Shown here: positions 18,981-27,350 of the stretch, piece by piece
Layout of the letters: every line of letters starts with the position of its first letter
Position numbering within the stretch: position 1 is the stretch's first letter
Origin: a virus
Reading direction: 5' to 3' (one strand)
Length of the DNA: 64,000 nt
IMG/VR virus record: IMGVR_UViG_3300045988_139474
Coordinates: 32,001 to 96,000 of that record
The notes under the pieces: model-generated
Seen by the model: only the letters and a program-made list of their open reading frames with translations
The model's database searches: none
Told to the model about the DNA's origin: nothing
Translations under genes and position numbers: made by a program

Positions 18981-19563
18981 TGAGTGACTCCATGTATTTT
19001 GCAAACTCTTCTGAGTCGGAGCTTTGAGCAGGCTCAATCGCGTCATAGTATTTTGAAGTGCCCTCTACAGTCACGGACAATTCTTTGATAAACTCGTCAA
19101 CATCCATGTTAACATCACGGAAATTGTTGATTGAGATACCGGCAGAAATACGGCTTCGCTCAAATTTCAATTCGTCAATCTTCGCAAGGATTGAAGATTT
19201 TGATTCCTCCCAAGAGTCAATCTGGGATTGAATGCGTGCCAAGAAGTCTTGTTTCTTACCTAACAACACTTTAATGCGGAATGCTTCACGCGCTTTGCGA
19301 GGGTCTTTAGATTCAGCTGCGCGCAACTCTTGCTCCAGTCCTTTCAAGATACTTGTATGCTGCTTCACTTGTTCTTGAGTATCCGACTCAACGGACTTGA
19401 GTTGGGCTTGCTCGATACAAATGCTCTTGAGATGTTTATTCAGCTTGTCGATTTCACCCTGAATATACTGTTTCGCTGCGGAAGAATCAGAGCTAATCAT
19501 GTCCTTAACAGCACCGTTAGTTTTAGAAGTGAAAATGGCTTTTACAGCTTTAAATACGTTCAT
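18973..19563 (-). CDS. Coiled-coil protein, weakly PspA/IM30-like
   Basis: 196 aa. The N-terminus MNVFKAVKAIF and a long heptad-rich body resemble the PspA layout. Similarity judged by eye only. Confidence 0.3.
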   Translation of the reverse strand: MNVFKAVKAIFTSKTNGAVKDMISSDSSAAKQYIQGEIDKLNKHLKSICIEQAQLKSVESDTQEQVKQHTSILKGLEQELRAAESKDPRKAREAFRIKVLLGKKQDFLARIQSQIDSWEESKSSILAKIDELKFERSRISAGISINNFRDVNMDVDEFIKELSVTVEGTSKYYDAIEPAQSSDSEEFAKYMESLND

Positions 19564-19614
19564 TTGATATGTCTCCTGACTAGGTTGATAATAGGTAGCT
19601 TTAAATCTCGCTCA

Positions 19615-19630
19615 CCAATTTTAATTTTTA
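19615..19630 (-). promoter_or_regulatory. Class-2 intergenic motif
   Basis: Minus sense TAAAAATTAAAATTGGTG, 52 nt upstream of start 19563. Confidence 0.5.
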
Positions 19631-19663
19631 AGCTTTCCGCAAGAATCTTAGCGTTGAGACACT

Positions 19664-19834
19664 TTATGTCGCTTCGCGCAAGACTTTCAAGGCTGAAGCG
19701 TCAACATTGTAGCGTTTCAGCAACATCTTTTTAACAGATGACTTGCTAGGCAATTCATTCGGGTCAACTGTAATCTTGTCTTCAATCAGCTTTGCGCCTT
19801 GTTGAATCTTGAAATACCAAGTTTGAAACATCAT
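19664..19834 (-). CDS. Hypothetical small protein (56 aa)
   Basis: The track ORF 19664-19915 runs into the tRNA. Trimmed to ATG 19834 preceded by GAGGAAG. Confidence 0.45.
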   Translation of the reverse strand: MMFQTWYFKIQQGAKLIEDKITVDPNELPSKSSVKKMLLKRYNVDASALKVLREAT

Positions 19835-19857
19835 GACTTCCTCAATCGTTATTAATC

Positions 19858-19935
19858 TGGTGGGTGCCGCAGGACTCGAACCTGTCTGCCTACCGTTTAT
19901 GAGACGGCTGCTCATACCTCATGAGCTTGACACCC
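19858..19935 (-). tRNA. tRNA with CAT anticodon (Met, or Ile2 if lysidinylated), CCA encoded
   Basis: Hand-folded cloverleaf: acceptor GGGTGTC/GGCACCC, D arm GCTC-ATGAGGTAT-GAGC, anticodon arm GCCGT-CTCATAA-ACGGT, T arm ACAGG-TTCGAGT-CCTGC, discriminator A, CCA. 78 nt. The first T-stem pair is an A-C mismatch. Confidence 0.8.
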
Positions 19936-19996
19936 TCTGCTTAATCTGGTGCTTGGGATACTTTATCGCTCAAGCTATGACTGTATATTCTGTTCA

Positions 19997-20012
19997 CCAA
20001 TTCTAATTTTTA
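19997..20012 (-). promoter_or_regulatory. Class-2 intergenic motif
   Basis: Minus sense TAAAAATTAGAATTGGTG, 62 nt upstream of the tRNA 5' end. Confidence 0.5.
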
Positions 20013-20028
20013 TGAATCGGCGAAATTT

Positions 20029-20406
20029 TCATTTCAAGTCCAATTCTTCTTTCACGCGTTTGACTACATCTGGAACAAAACCGTCCAAGACTTCAGCCGC
20101 ATCAGAAAGAATGTAAGTGTCAAAACGCATTTGCAATTCTTTCAAGGCCGTGCTAGTTTTGCGTTTACCGCCTTCTGAATTGAAAATATCAACCATTGTC
20201 TCTGCTACTGCTTGAGACAGATAGTAATTTGTCTGATGAATAGCACCCTCAAGGATTTCCATGCGGGTCTCATAGGCTTTAGTCTCAGCAATAACCTCAT
20301 CTCGTATTGCGTCTGGGATTCGTTCCAAGATAGCCAAAGCCAATTTGTTATCGGCGCATTCGGCTTCTCTACGAAGCTCCTCTAAAGTCATATTGCTGAA
20401 ATACAC
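20029..20406 (-). CDS. Hypothetical protein (125 aa)
   Basis: GTG start preceded by AAGGAAA. No motif recognised. Confidence 0.55.
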   Translation of the reverse strand: MYFSNMTLEELRREAECADNKLALAILERIPDAIRDEVIAETKAYETRMEILEGAIHQTNYYLSQAVAETMVDIFNSEGGKRKTSTALKELQMRFDTYILSDAAEVLDGFVPDVVKRVKEELDLK

Positions 20407-20450
20407 GGTGTTTCCTTAAAAGTGCTATTCATAAGCTGATATTCCATCAG

Positions 20451-20466
20451 CCAATCTTAATTTTTA
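20451..20466 (-). promoter_or_regulatory. Class-2 intergenic motif
   Basis: Minus sense TAAAAATTAAGATTGGCTGATGGAATATCAGCTTATGAA, 45 nt upstream of start 20406. Overlaps the stop of the upstream gene. Confidence 0.5.
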
Positions 20467-20669
20467 ATTGACCACTTCTGCTCAAGAACTAAGGCGCACA
20501 GCCCAAGCATACGGTCGGTTGTCGTCTTGAGATAAACAAGTTTTCCGCTAGGATAAGCATACAAGTCACCTGTTTCTTGAATGCTTAACACTGTTGCTTG
20601 AATGCCGTATGAGTCAGACACTACTTGAGTGCCCTCTCGCAGTTCATCAATCCTTAGCATTGCCGTCAT
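20457..20669 (-). CDS. Hypothetical small protein
   Basis: Start uncertain. The track start 20711 lies inside the MazG-like gene, so it was trimmed to an internal ATG. No clear SD. Confidence 0.4.
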   Translation of the reverse strand: MTAMLRIDELREGTQVVSDSYGIQATVLSIQETGDLYAYPSGKLVYLKTTTDRMLGLCALVLEQKWSIKN

Positions 20670-21330
20670 TGTGCTTGTAGAAGGCTTCATAGGCCTTGTA
20701 AACAGAATCAACGGTCACTTCGGATAACCCCTCAGCCAGACGCAAGGCTTGGGCGTTATCTTCAAGGCCGTTCACGAATTTGCGATATGTACCGTCATTG
20801 TAGCCGTTATTCTGGCGGAATCTGTTCAACGCATTCTTGACGACATATCGGGTGTACAACTCATCAAAACCCATTCCGATTCGTTGGCAAAGACGCAAAA
20901 ATTGCTTCACGGTATCGGGGCTTCGATTAATCATGGAATTGATGAACGGTGTAACATTCTTGTCGTATTCAGTATTGAGTTTGAGTGGCTTCTCTTCTAC
21001 ACCGTCAACCACAAATGCGATATGATGTCCCAACGGTCTCACGCGGTCTTCAAAGTCAAATTGCGCGGTCGGTCGGAATAACAACTCAGGCTCAATCAGG
21101 TCAGACAACAAGAAGTGCCAGATATCAACCAGTTCAGTCTTAGCATTCTCAATATCAATCTCCTGTTGCTTCCACCATTTGTAGCCTACTGATTCAAGGT
21201 ATTCACCTGTTTCAGCAATGATTGCATTAGCCCAAGAATTGCCCTTAGCATACCATTCTGCGCCCTGCGTTACAACATTGTTCTCGTGCTGCAATCGTAG
21301 CATCGTCAGCACTTTATTGAGTGTGTTCAT
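20647..21330 (-). CDS. All-alpha NTP pyrophosphohydrolase (MazG / dimeric dUTPase-like)
   Basis: LRLQHENN...W..AIIAETGEYLESVGYKWWK...ELVDIWHFLLS fits the E..E...WKWW...E.VD..HF pattern of dimeric dUTPase/MazG-type enzymes. Confidence 0.6.
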   Translation of the reverse strand: MNTLNKVLTMLRLQHENNVVTQGAEWYAKGNSWANAIIAETGEYLESVGYKWWKQQEIDIENAKTELVDIWHFLLSDLIEPELLFRPTAQFDFEDRVRPLGHHIAFVVDGVEEKPLKLNTEYDKNVTPFINSMINRSPDTVKQFLRLCQRIGMGFDELYTRYVVKNALNRFRQNNGYNDGTYRKFVNGLEDNAQALRLAEGLSEVTVDSVYKAYEAFYKHNDGNAKD

Positions 21331-21345
21331 AGTTTTCCTTTCGGT

Positions 21346-22275
21346 CTATCGTTTATGCTTGATAAGTATTCGTTTGTAGATTTCTTTACCGCCAATCGTA
21401 ACAGCCATATCAATATCCTCCGCCCAACCTTTAGGACGGCCATGGTTGTTCGAACAGCCAATCACTTCAAATTGGTCGGGATTATGTTTGAGAAAGAATG
21501 TAATAGGTACACCCATCACGCCATCATAGTCATGCGGGATGTTAGCAACTTTAGATACCTCAATAGCATCATAGTTGTCGTACTTCGGATGAGTTTCAGG
21601 GCTGTAGGCTTGTTGAAGAACCAACTTCTCAGGCCGTTTAGCATGGTCTAGGTTAGTGAACCAACTAACATTGCCTAGACTTCGCCACTTTCGGCCTTCC
21701 TCATCTTGACGATAACGTGTTGCTTTCGGCTCGTAGTAATCAGGCACTAAGAACTCCATATCATTCTTATTCGCACCTGCCCACATCTTATTGTCTCGCA
21801 ACAATTGAAAGATTCCATTATATGCAAAGGCATTCTGGTTACCAATTATCAAGAACTTCTTGTTATATTCAACCAATTGCGCTACATATTCCCGAAACAG
21901 AGAAAATGGCGGATTGGTTACAACAATGTCCGCTTGTTTCAGCAACTCGACGCACTCATCGCTGCGAAAGTCTCCGTCACCTTTCAACGGCTCGATTACC
22001 GCATTGCCCTCACCCCAGTATTCCGCCCGAACACCGTGCTCAGAATTTTCAGTTTTGTAACCGCTCGCAATCAGCTTCTTCAAGCCCAGCTGTTTGAAGT
22101 TGTCGAAGAAGTAACGAAAGAAGTTGCTAGCATTCGGGTCATCGCAATTGCAGTAAACAACTTTGGCCTTGAAATGTTGTTTGTAATGCTGCAATTCCTT
22201 TTCAATATCCGACAGCTGAGTGTAAAATTCATCATTCTCGTTTACTTTGGCTGCGTTGAGGAATTTATTAGTCAT
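21346..22275 (-). CDS. N6-adenine DNA methyltransferase
   Basis: Motif IV VVTNPPFS. The N-terminal DEFYT and CNCDDP segments are typical of the EcoRI-like adenine methyltransferase family. Confidence 0.75.
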   Translation of the reverse strand: MTNKFLNAAKVNENDEFYTQLSDIEKELQHYKQHFKAKVVYCNCDDPNASNFFRYFFDNFKQLGLKKLIASGYKTENSEHGVRAEYWGEGNAVIEPLKGDGDFRSDECVELLKQADIVVTNPPFSLFREYVAQLVEYNKKFLIIGNQNAFAYNGIFQLLRDNKMWAGANKNDMEFLVPDYYEPKATRYRQDEEGRKWRSLGNVSWFTNLDHAKRPEKLVLQQAYSPETHPKYDNYDAIEVSKVANIPHDYDGVMGVPITFFLKHNPDQFEVIGCSNNHGRPKGWAEDIDMAVTIGGKEIYKRILIKHKR

Positions 22276-22335
22276 ACCAAATCCCTTGTGTGTTCATAGT
22301 GGCTTCCTTTCTTGTTTCCTGCGGTTGTTCCGCTT

Positions 22336-22376
22336 CTCACAATACACAAAGAACGAAAGGGCGCAAAAGCGCATTT
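22336..22376 (-). promoter_or_regulatory. Class-1 conserved promoter motif, copy b
   Basis: Minus sense AAATGCGCTTTTGCGCCCTTTCGTTCTTTGTGTATTGTGAG, upstream of the methyltransferase gene. Confidence 0.55.
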
Positions 22377-22468
22377 ATTTTAAAATATTTTCGATTTTTC
22401 TATAAGTCGTTGTTTTGCTTAAGAAGAAAGTTTATTCAGGCTTCAGTCTCTGCTCTTGACTGAACCCA

Positions 22469-22509
22469 CTCACAATACACAAAGCACCGTGAGATGAAAA
22501 AGCGCATTT
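22469..22509 (-). promoter_or_regulatory. Class-1 conserved promoter motif, copy c
   Basis: Minus sense AAATGCGCTTTTTCATCTCACGGTGCTTTGTGTATTGTGAG, in tandem 130 bp upstream of copy b. Its core is identical to copy d. Confidence 0.5.
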
Positions 22510-22601
22510 AGCGGAAAATATTTTTCGATTTTCTTGCAGCATTTTCGGAGCGGTCGGAGGGCTGGGTAGAGGGGACAGCATGCACTGCTAATTTGCAATA
22601 T

Positions 22602-22760
22602 GAATCTTGTAACGGTTGGGATTCCGTACATAAAGACAAGATTTTGACTAAAAATTTCCTTGCGAAAACAATCGACTATCCACGAAATATACGATTTCAA
22701 TGTCATAGATGTGATACACAATATACACACAAGTATTATATATCTAATAATTAATAAAAC
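22602..22760 (+). repeat. Promoter-bearing repeat module A
   Basis: GAATCTTGTAACGGTTGGGATTCCGTACATAAAGACAAGATTTTGACTAAAAATTTCC...CTATCCACGAAATATACGATTTCAATGTCATAGATGTGATACACAAT plus an A/T-rich tail. Reads on the plus strand. Confidence 0.8.
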
Positions 22761-23024
22761 AGACACTCACCCCAATATCCGTGAGACTGCTACAGCCATG
22801 AGAGTGAAATCAGTCATTCATCCTTCTGCTGAGTCTCTCTTCTTACAATCATGAGCCCAAGCAAGGATTCCTCCGACCGAAAACAAGCATACACTGAGAT
22901 TGAAACAAGGACTGTTCTGCTTGCGTTGTGATGATTGAGCAAGCTAGAACTGAAACCAGTCAAGCAGTCATGAATCTTGAGGCGTGAGCTACTGATTTGA
23001 AAACTGAAGCCTGTAGGGAACAGG

Positions 23025-23170
23025 AATCGGAACATAAATACAGGATTTTGGCTAAAAATTTCCCTGATTTATTAGAAACTTATCCACGAAATATACGATT
23101 TCAATGTCATAGATGTGATACAAATAGATAACACACAAGTATATATAGATTATAGAAAGAAAACAGACAC
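23025..23170 (+). repeat. Promoter-bearing repeat module B
   Basis: Same block as module A, with TTATCCACGAAATATACGATTTCAATGTCATAGATGTGATACAAAT. Extended -10 TGATACAAA at 23126-23134. Confidence 0.8.
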
Positions 23171-23310
23171 TGATATTCTTCTGCTGCACACTCACTCAAC
23201 TAAGGAATCAGACGGCCTAAAGACTGAAATCAATCATCATGAAAGATTCTTCTCAATCCTGCTGAAGCATGAAAACAGCCCTGCTGTGTTACCAGAGGGC
23301 TGATGTTTTC
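23141..23310 (+). ncRNA. Candidate ~170-nt non-coding transcript from module B
   Basis: Predicted start about 7 nt after the -10. It ends at the intrinsic terminator 23275-23310. The only ORF (23115-23303) starts inside the promoter and lacks an SD. Confidence 0.4.
23275..23310 (+). terminator. Plus-strand intrinsic terminator
   Basis: CAGCCCTgctgtgttaccagAGGGCTG followed by ATGTTTTCGG. It faces the 3' end of minus-strand gene 23445-23951. Confidence 0.6.
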
Positions 23311-23444
23311 GGCCTGATTAAAATTAAGCCAAAATTCCGCGAAAATTAGCTGGGTCGGGATTCTGCCCAAGTCGTTTACCATTCAAGGTCGCTAAAATCG
23401 AAACTAGACTGCTCTGCGCTTGAATACGGCTGTGAAGCTTAAAA

Positions 23445-23951
23445 TTAGCGACTTAAGAATTCTCTGCTGGAGGCCTGTTTGGCTTCGTCTAGCAACTTGT
23501 ACGCCAATTTTCGGCCTGCTGTACTAATGGCCAGCTTGACGGTCGGTGCGAGATTGGGTTCATATGCTCCGTCCATAGTCTTGATGTAGCAGATTCTGAA
23601 ATTCAACTGTTGATTAGCAGCTGTCTGTCTCAAGATACTTTCAAATGCTGGCGGGGTCATGATTTCATACACCGACAAGACGATTGACCGCAACAACTCT
23701 GCATTCGTCTCATCCAGCCGTACATTCAACAATTCCTGGGGCAACTGGATGTATCTGTCCAAGTCCAGCGGTCGGATACCGCAGGGGATGTTAATCAGAT
23801 TGCTTTCAGGCAACAGCTTGTTGTATTCCTCAATTGATGAAAACAGCTTGGCGGATAGCCTGTTCTGCCAATAGCGTGATGATTTCATGTAGTGCAGCTG
23901 CTCTTCTGAAAGCTCAGCCCATTGTTCCTTGACGGGTCTCAATAACGTCAT
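23445..23951 (-). CDS. Hypothetical protein (168 aa)
   Basis: 4-nt overlap coupling with the upstream gene. No motif recognised. Confidence 0.55.
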   Translation of the reverse strand: MTLLRPVKEQWAELSEEQLHYMKSSRYWQNRLSAKLFSSIEEYNKLLPESNLINIPCGIRPLDLDRYIQLPQELLNVRLDETNAELLRSIVLSVYEIMTPPAFESILRQTAANQQLNFRICYIKTMDGAYEPNLAPTVKLAISTAGRKLAYKLLDEAKQASSREFLSR

Positions 23952-24253
23952 GATTCCTCCCTCCCAAAATTGGGGTGACGCAATCTTCTTGGGACATTGT
24001 ATCTCGGAGCAAACTGAGGGTCACCAACAGCAACAGCCGTCCAGTATCCGTTGCGCTGAACTATCTGGTATTTGCAACCTAGCTCAACATCGCCAAATCG
24101 GCCAGCTAGAAACTCGAATAGCAACTGGTGAGCTTTAGTCATAGCTTGAGGTGTCGTAACGTTAGGAACAGCCGATATAGCCCGATAGCCGTCAAGTAGC
24201 TTGACTTCTGTATCGGGGTCTATCTCAACCGTCATAATCTCGTGAAACAGCAT
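23948..24253 (-). CDS. Hypothetical protein (101 aa)
   Basis: Start trimmed to ATG 24253 preceded by AAGGAG. The track start 24304 overlaps the small ORF below. Confidence 0.5.
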   Translation of the reverse strand: MLFHEIMTVEIDPDTEVKLLDGYRAISAVPNVTTPQAMTKAHQLLFEFLAGRFGDVELGCKYQIVQRNGYWTAVAVGDPQFAPRYNVPRRLRHPNFGREES

Positions 24254-24263
24254 GTACGACTCC

Positions 24264-24428
24264 TTACTGGCGGTTGTGTTGTTTCCATAGTGCAAACATA
24301 TCATCCCATGAACCTAATTCCATGAGCAATACGCTGAATTCAACTGGCTTACCGTCAATCAGGTACATGCCAGGACATGTTCTGTTCAGGTGTTCGTTGA
24401 ATTGGGTTGTTTGATTTGCGTTCATCAT
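24264..24428 (-). CDS. Small protein (54 aa), below the ORF-track size cutoff
   Basis: My translation gives MMNANQTTQFNEHLNRTCPGMYLIDGKPVEFSVLLMELGSWDDMFALWKQHNRQ. AGGAGG SD, and an ATGA overlap with the stop of 24425-24880. Confidence 0.5.
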   Translation of the reverse strand: MMNANQTTQFNEHLNRTCPGMYLIDGKPVEFSVLLMELGSWDDMFALWKQHNRQ

Positions 24429-24880
24429 TTGCCTCCTAAAGATTGAATGGCCTGGTTGAAGTCGATAGCTAGCTGTACGGCCTTAACAACTAGCTCCTTG
24501 TTAGTCATCCTGCTGTACTCACCTGAGGTAACCATGCTATTGAGCAAGACATTAGCCCTTGACTCAACAGACTTGTCAGACGGTAGGATAGCGGTATTGT
24601 AATCAATCTGACTAGCAGCCCAGATAGTCTCAATCTGAGCATGCTTGAAAGAGATAGGCTGGCCTGAATAGCTCTTGCCTGTCTTCTCACGAATCTTGAA
24701 GACACCATAGCAGTAGCAATCATCAATGCTAATCTGATTGACGGCCAGTATGCAGTCTGAACCTGCTAACTGGACGAAGAACCATGCACCGTGACTACAA
24801 GTCATATACTTCCAAGTGCTGAAATCTCTGGCTGCTGTTCCCTCGTCTGGGACAGTCGTGATTCTGTTAACAACTTGCAT
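24425..24880 (-). CDS. Hypothetical protein (151 aa)
   Basis: ORF in a coupled series. No motif recognised. Confidence 0.55.
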   Translation of the reverse strand: MQVVNRITTVPDEGTAARDFSTWKYMTCSHGAWFFVQLAGSDCILAVNQISIDDCYCYGVFKIREKTGKSYSGQPISFKHAQIETIWAASQIDYNTAILPSDKSVESRANVLLNSMVTSGEYSRMTNKELVVKAVQLAIDFNQAIQSLGGK

Positions 24881-24881
24881 T

Positions 24882-25148
24882 TCAGCCTCCTTTCGTCCAG
24901 TTATCCTGTTCTGGATGATATGGAATCTTTTTCCTGAGCGGGCCAGGGGCAGTAGGTTGAGTTGACTTACGCGGCAACTGCTTAACCACTAGGCCAAGAT
25001 GCTTCTGCATTTTATGCATCTGCTCATACAACTCGTCAATTTCCTGACGTTGCTCTCTTACTTGACGGCGCAAGCTTCTCAGCTCAATATCTATCGACTT
25101 CAGGTCAAATTCTAATTCTGACTGTTTCATCTTCAGCCTACCTTTCAA
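24882..25148 (-). CDS. Hypothetical coiled-coil/basic protein (88 aa)
   Basis: ATGA-type overlap with the upstream gene. No motif recognised. Confidence 0.5.
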   Translation of the reverse strand: MKGRLKMKQSELEFDLKSIDIELRSLRRQVREQRQEIDELYEQMHKMQKHLGLVVKQLPRKSTQPTAPGPLRKKIPYHPEQDNWTKGG

Positions 25149-26641
25149 TTAACGCGTTCGTGTATCGTCTTGAATTTTACAATCAGCCCATTATCGGCCT
25201 TGAAATGTCTCGGCTTAATCCATGTCATAGCAGCTGTAGCCAAATTATTGAACAGCAGAATCTCCATGACTACCTTGCCTAGCTCTAGTGTCGCTAAAGC
25301 AAACTGTTTGTCTTTCTCACGCTTCATCTCAATCAGATGAAAGGTCTTTTCGGCCTTTAGCTCTTCATAAATCTCATGCTGCAACTTAGTGCCTGGAACT
25401 TTCGGAGTGCGTTGCAAGGCTTCTTTCAAGTATGATTGAGTCGGTAATGTCGCATAGCCCTCAACCGTGATATTGACACTCGGCACTTCGATATATGGCT
25501 GAGGCTCTGCAAAAGGCTCAGAAACCGTTTTTGGCTTATAGAAGCCGTTAGCGTCAACGCCGTATCCCGACAACTCATAGTATGGCGAAGGCGTTTTGAG
25601 CTTATCCTCGTCTCGTTTTGACAGGATAAATCGGATTACTTCCAATTCTGCTTTTAGTCGGTAGGCGTTCATATAAACCGCTTTGATACCGTCAAAATCA
25701 TTCGGCTTCAAGTCTTCTTGACTGACGATATCAAGCCCGCACAGAGGGATATGTACTTCATCATCACGCACCTTGTACACATACCCATTCTCATCCAGAT
25801 AAGGCAGCAATTCCTTGCTTGTAACCAATGTCGGCATATTCAGTTTGCCGTCTCGGATAATCGACAGATTGCGATAAACACGGACAACATGTTTCTTGCC
25901 GTTAGGTTGAGTAAGGATAGCGTCAGCTGCATACATCAGATTGAGGTTAGCGCGTGAACGATTCGGCACGATTTCAACACGGTACAGTTTGTCTCGGACA
26001 ATATCAACTGTTTCACCCTGCCAGTCGGTCGTTTCGGCCTTAGCTCGCTGAGTTATCACTTTTGACTTGTAGGGGTTCACCAATGCCTTATGCTCAATAA
26101 TAGCAGCCATGAGGTTCATGAGTGTCTTCTTGTTTGAGTAAGCCAGCACTTTATCTTCGCAAGGCTTTTCGGCTTCCTCTTCGCTTTGAGTATCACCCAA
26201 GATAGCTTCAATCGCCTTATCGGGATTCTGCAATGCTTCTGAGCTCAACACGAAATTAGCTAAGTCTTTGCGACGCAGATTGTAGGCGCAAACATTAGCA
26301 GCTGAAACAGGTCTGCGTTTGAAGATAGCAACAGCAATCTTACGGATGACGCTATCAGGCACATCTTTACAATTCATGTAAACAGCTTCAGGCGCACCCA
26401 ACAGGCTTGAGAAAGACTTGCCCTTGTAATTGCGACTGCGGTATTGACGCGGAATCAGAAACAATTTGGCAGTATCTGACTGAGCCAAGTCTTTGAGGTC
26501 AGTAGCAAATTCCATTTCATCTAGGTCAATGCCTGAAATGCTACTGTCTGTTGTTTGCAGTTTGAATCGGGTATCAGCATCCATTAGGACAGCTTCAAAC
26601 CGTACACCTGAAAGCTGTATCAGGAAGAGTGTTGGGTTCAT
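25145..26641 (-). CDS. Hypothetical protein (498 aa)
   Basis: Long ORF. No motif recognised. Confidence 0.6.
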   Translation of the reverse strand: MNPTLFLIQLSGVRFEAVLMDADTRFKLQTTDSSISGIDLDEMEFATDLKDLAQSDTAKLFLIPRQYRSRNYKGKSFSSLLGAPEAVYMNCKDVPDSVIRKIAVAIFKRRPVSAANVCAYNLRRKDLANFVLSSEALQNPDKAIEAILGDTQSEEEAEKPCEDKVLAYSNKKTLMNLMAAIIEHKALVNPYKSKVITQRAKAETTDWQGETVDIVRDKLYRVEIVPNRSRANLNLMYAADAILTQPNGKKHVVRVYRNLSIIRDGKLNMPTLVTSKELLPYLDENGYVYKVRDDEVHIPLCGLDIVSQEDLKPNDFDGIKAVYMNAYRLKAELEVIRFILSKRDEDKLKTPSPYYELSGYGVDANGFYKPKTVSEPFAEPQPYIEVPSVNITVEGYATLPTQSYLKEALQRTPKVPGTKLQHEIYEELKAEKTFHLIEMKREKDKQFALATLELGKVVMEILLFNNLATAAMTWIKPRHFKADNGLIVKFKTIHERVN

Positions 26642-26687
26642 AATTCATCACCTATCTGTCGGGTTGTAGGTTGTTATCTTTCAACAG

Positions 26688-26703
26688 CCAGTGGTAATTT
26701 TTA
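26688..26703 (-). promoter_or_regulatory. Class-2 intergenic motif
   Basis: Minus sense TAAAAATTACCACTGGCTGTTGAAAGATAACAACCTACAAC, 47 nt upstream of start 26641. Confidence 0.45.
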
Positions 26704-26979
26704 AATCAGTCGTTGTTGTCCTGCTTTCAAGTACCAAGTCAGTACTCCTGCAGACACGCAGAGGAAAGACTCAACGGCTCGTTGTTTTGAGAGTGTAGCG
26801 AAGTTAGCAGGGTCGCAGAACATGATTTCAGGCTCATCTGCCTCAGGGTATTTCAGCTTCACAAGAAACAAGTTATCCTCAAGTTCATGTTCAGAAAAGA
26901 CTTCAGTCATTTCAGGTAATGTTTGCTCAACCATCAATTGATGTTTGAAGCGTGGTAGCAGTGTATTGTTCATTCGCAT
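26701..26979 (-). CDS. Hypothetical protein (92 aa)
   Basis: ORF between two class-2 motifs. No motif recognised. Confidence 0.5.
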   Translation of the reverse strand: MRMNNTLLPRFKHQLMVEQTLPEMTEVFSEHELEDNLFLVKLKYPEADEPEIMFCDPANFATLSKQRAVESFLCVSAGVLTWYLKAGQQRLI

Positions 26980-27026
26980 GTTTGTTATTTCCTTGTCTGG
27001 TTATTCATGATTTATAGTCTCAGCAA

Positions 27027-27042
27027 CCAATTATAATTTTTA
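27027..27042 (-). promoter_or_regulatory. Class-2 intergenic motif
   Basis: Minus sense TAAAAATTATAATTGGTTGCTGAG, 48 nt upstream of start 26979, immediately after hairpin 27047-27062. Confidence 0.45.
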
Positions 27043-27198
27043 TCAGCCCTGTCAGCACAGGGTTCAGTCGGTCGGATAGCTGAGGATTGAGATTTCAGTT
27101 TCATGGCTGTTAGTCGATTAAGTGGTGATTGAGGTCTGATTGTGAGGGCTGAGGAATGATTGTTTTCCGTCTAGTTAATATAATATAGAACGTTGTAT
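27043..27198 (-). ncRNA. Candidate ~155-nt non-coding transcript from module C
   Basis: Runs from about 7 nt after the module C -10 (TACCAA, 27205-27210) to the CCCTGtgctgaCAGGG hairpin at 27047-27062. No ORF present. Confidence 0.35.
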
Positions 27199-27325
27199 TT
27201 GGGTTTGGTATCACATCTATGAGTTTGGAATTGGATATTTCGTTGATAACTCGTTGAAATAAAGCAGGAATTTTTAGCCAAAATCTTGGTTTTATGTACG
27301 GAATCCCAACTATTACAAGATTCAG
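27170..27325 (-). repeat. Promoter-bearing repeat module C (most diverged copy)
   Basis: Minus sense GAATCTTGTAATAGTTGGGATTCCGTACATAAAACCAAGATTTTGGCTAAAAATTCC...TTATCAACGAAATATCCAATTCCAAACTCATAGATGTGATACCAAAC. Confidence 0.7.
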
Positions 27326-27350
27326 TTTCCAATTCCTGCTATTGCGTTGC

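Noticed and set aside
22470-23303. Track ORFs 22470-22766(-), 22660-22854(+), 22814-23035(-), 23115-23303(+) as protein-coding genes.
   Set aside because: They lie across the repeated promoter modules and spacers, overlap each other on opposite strands, have no SD, and give low-complexity products. They are better explained as chance frames in non-coding repeats.
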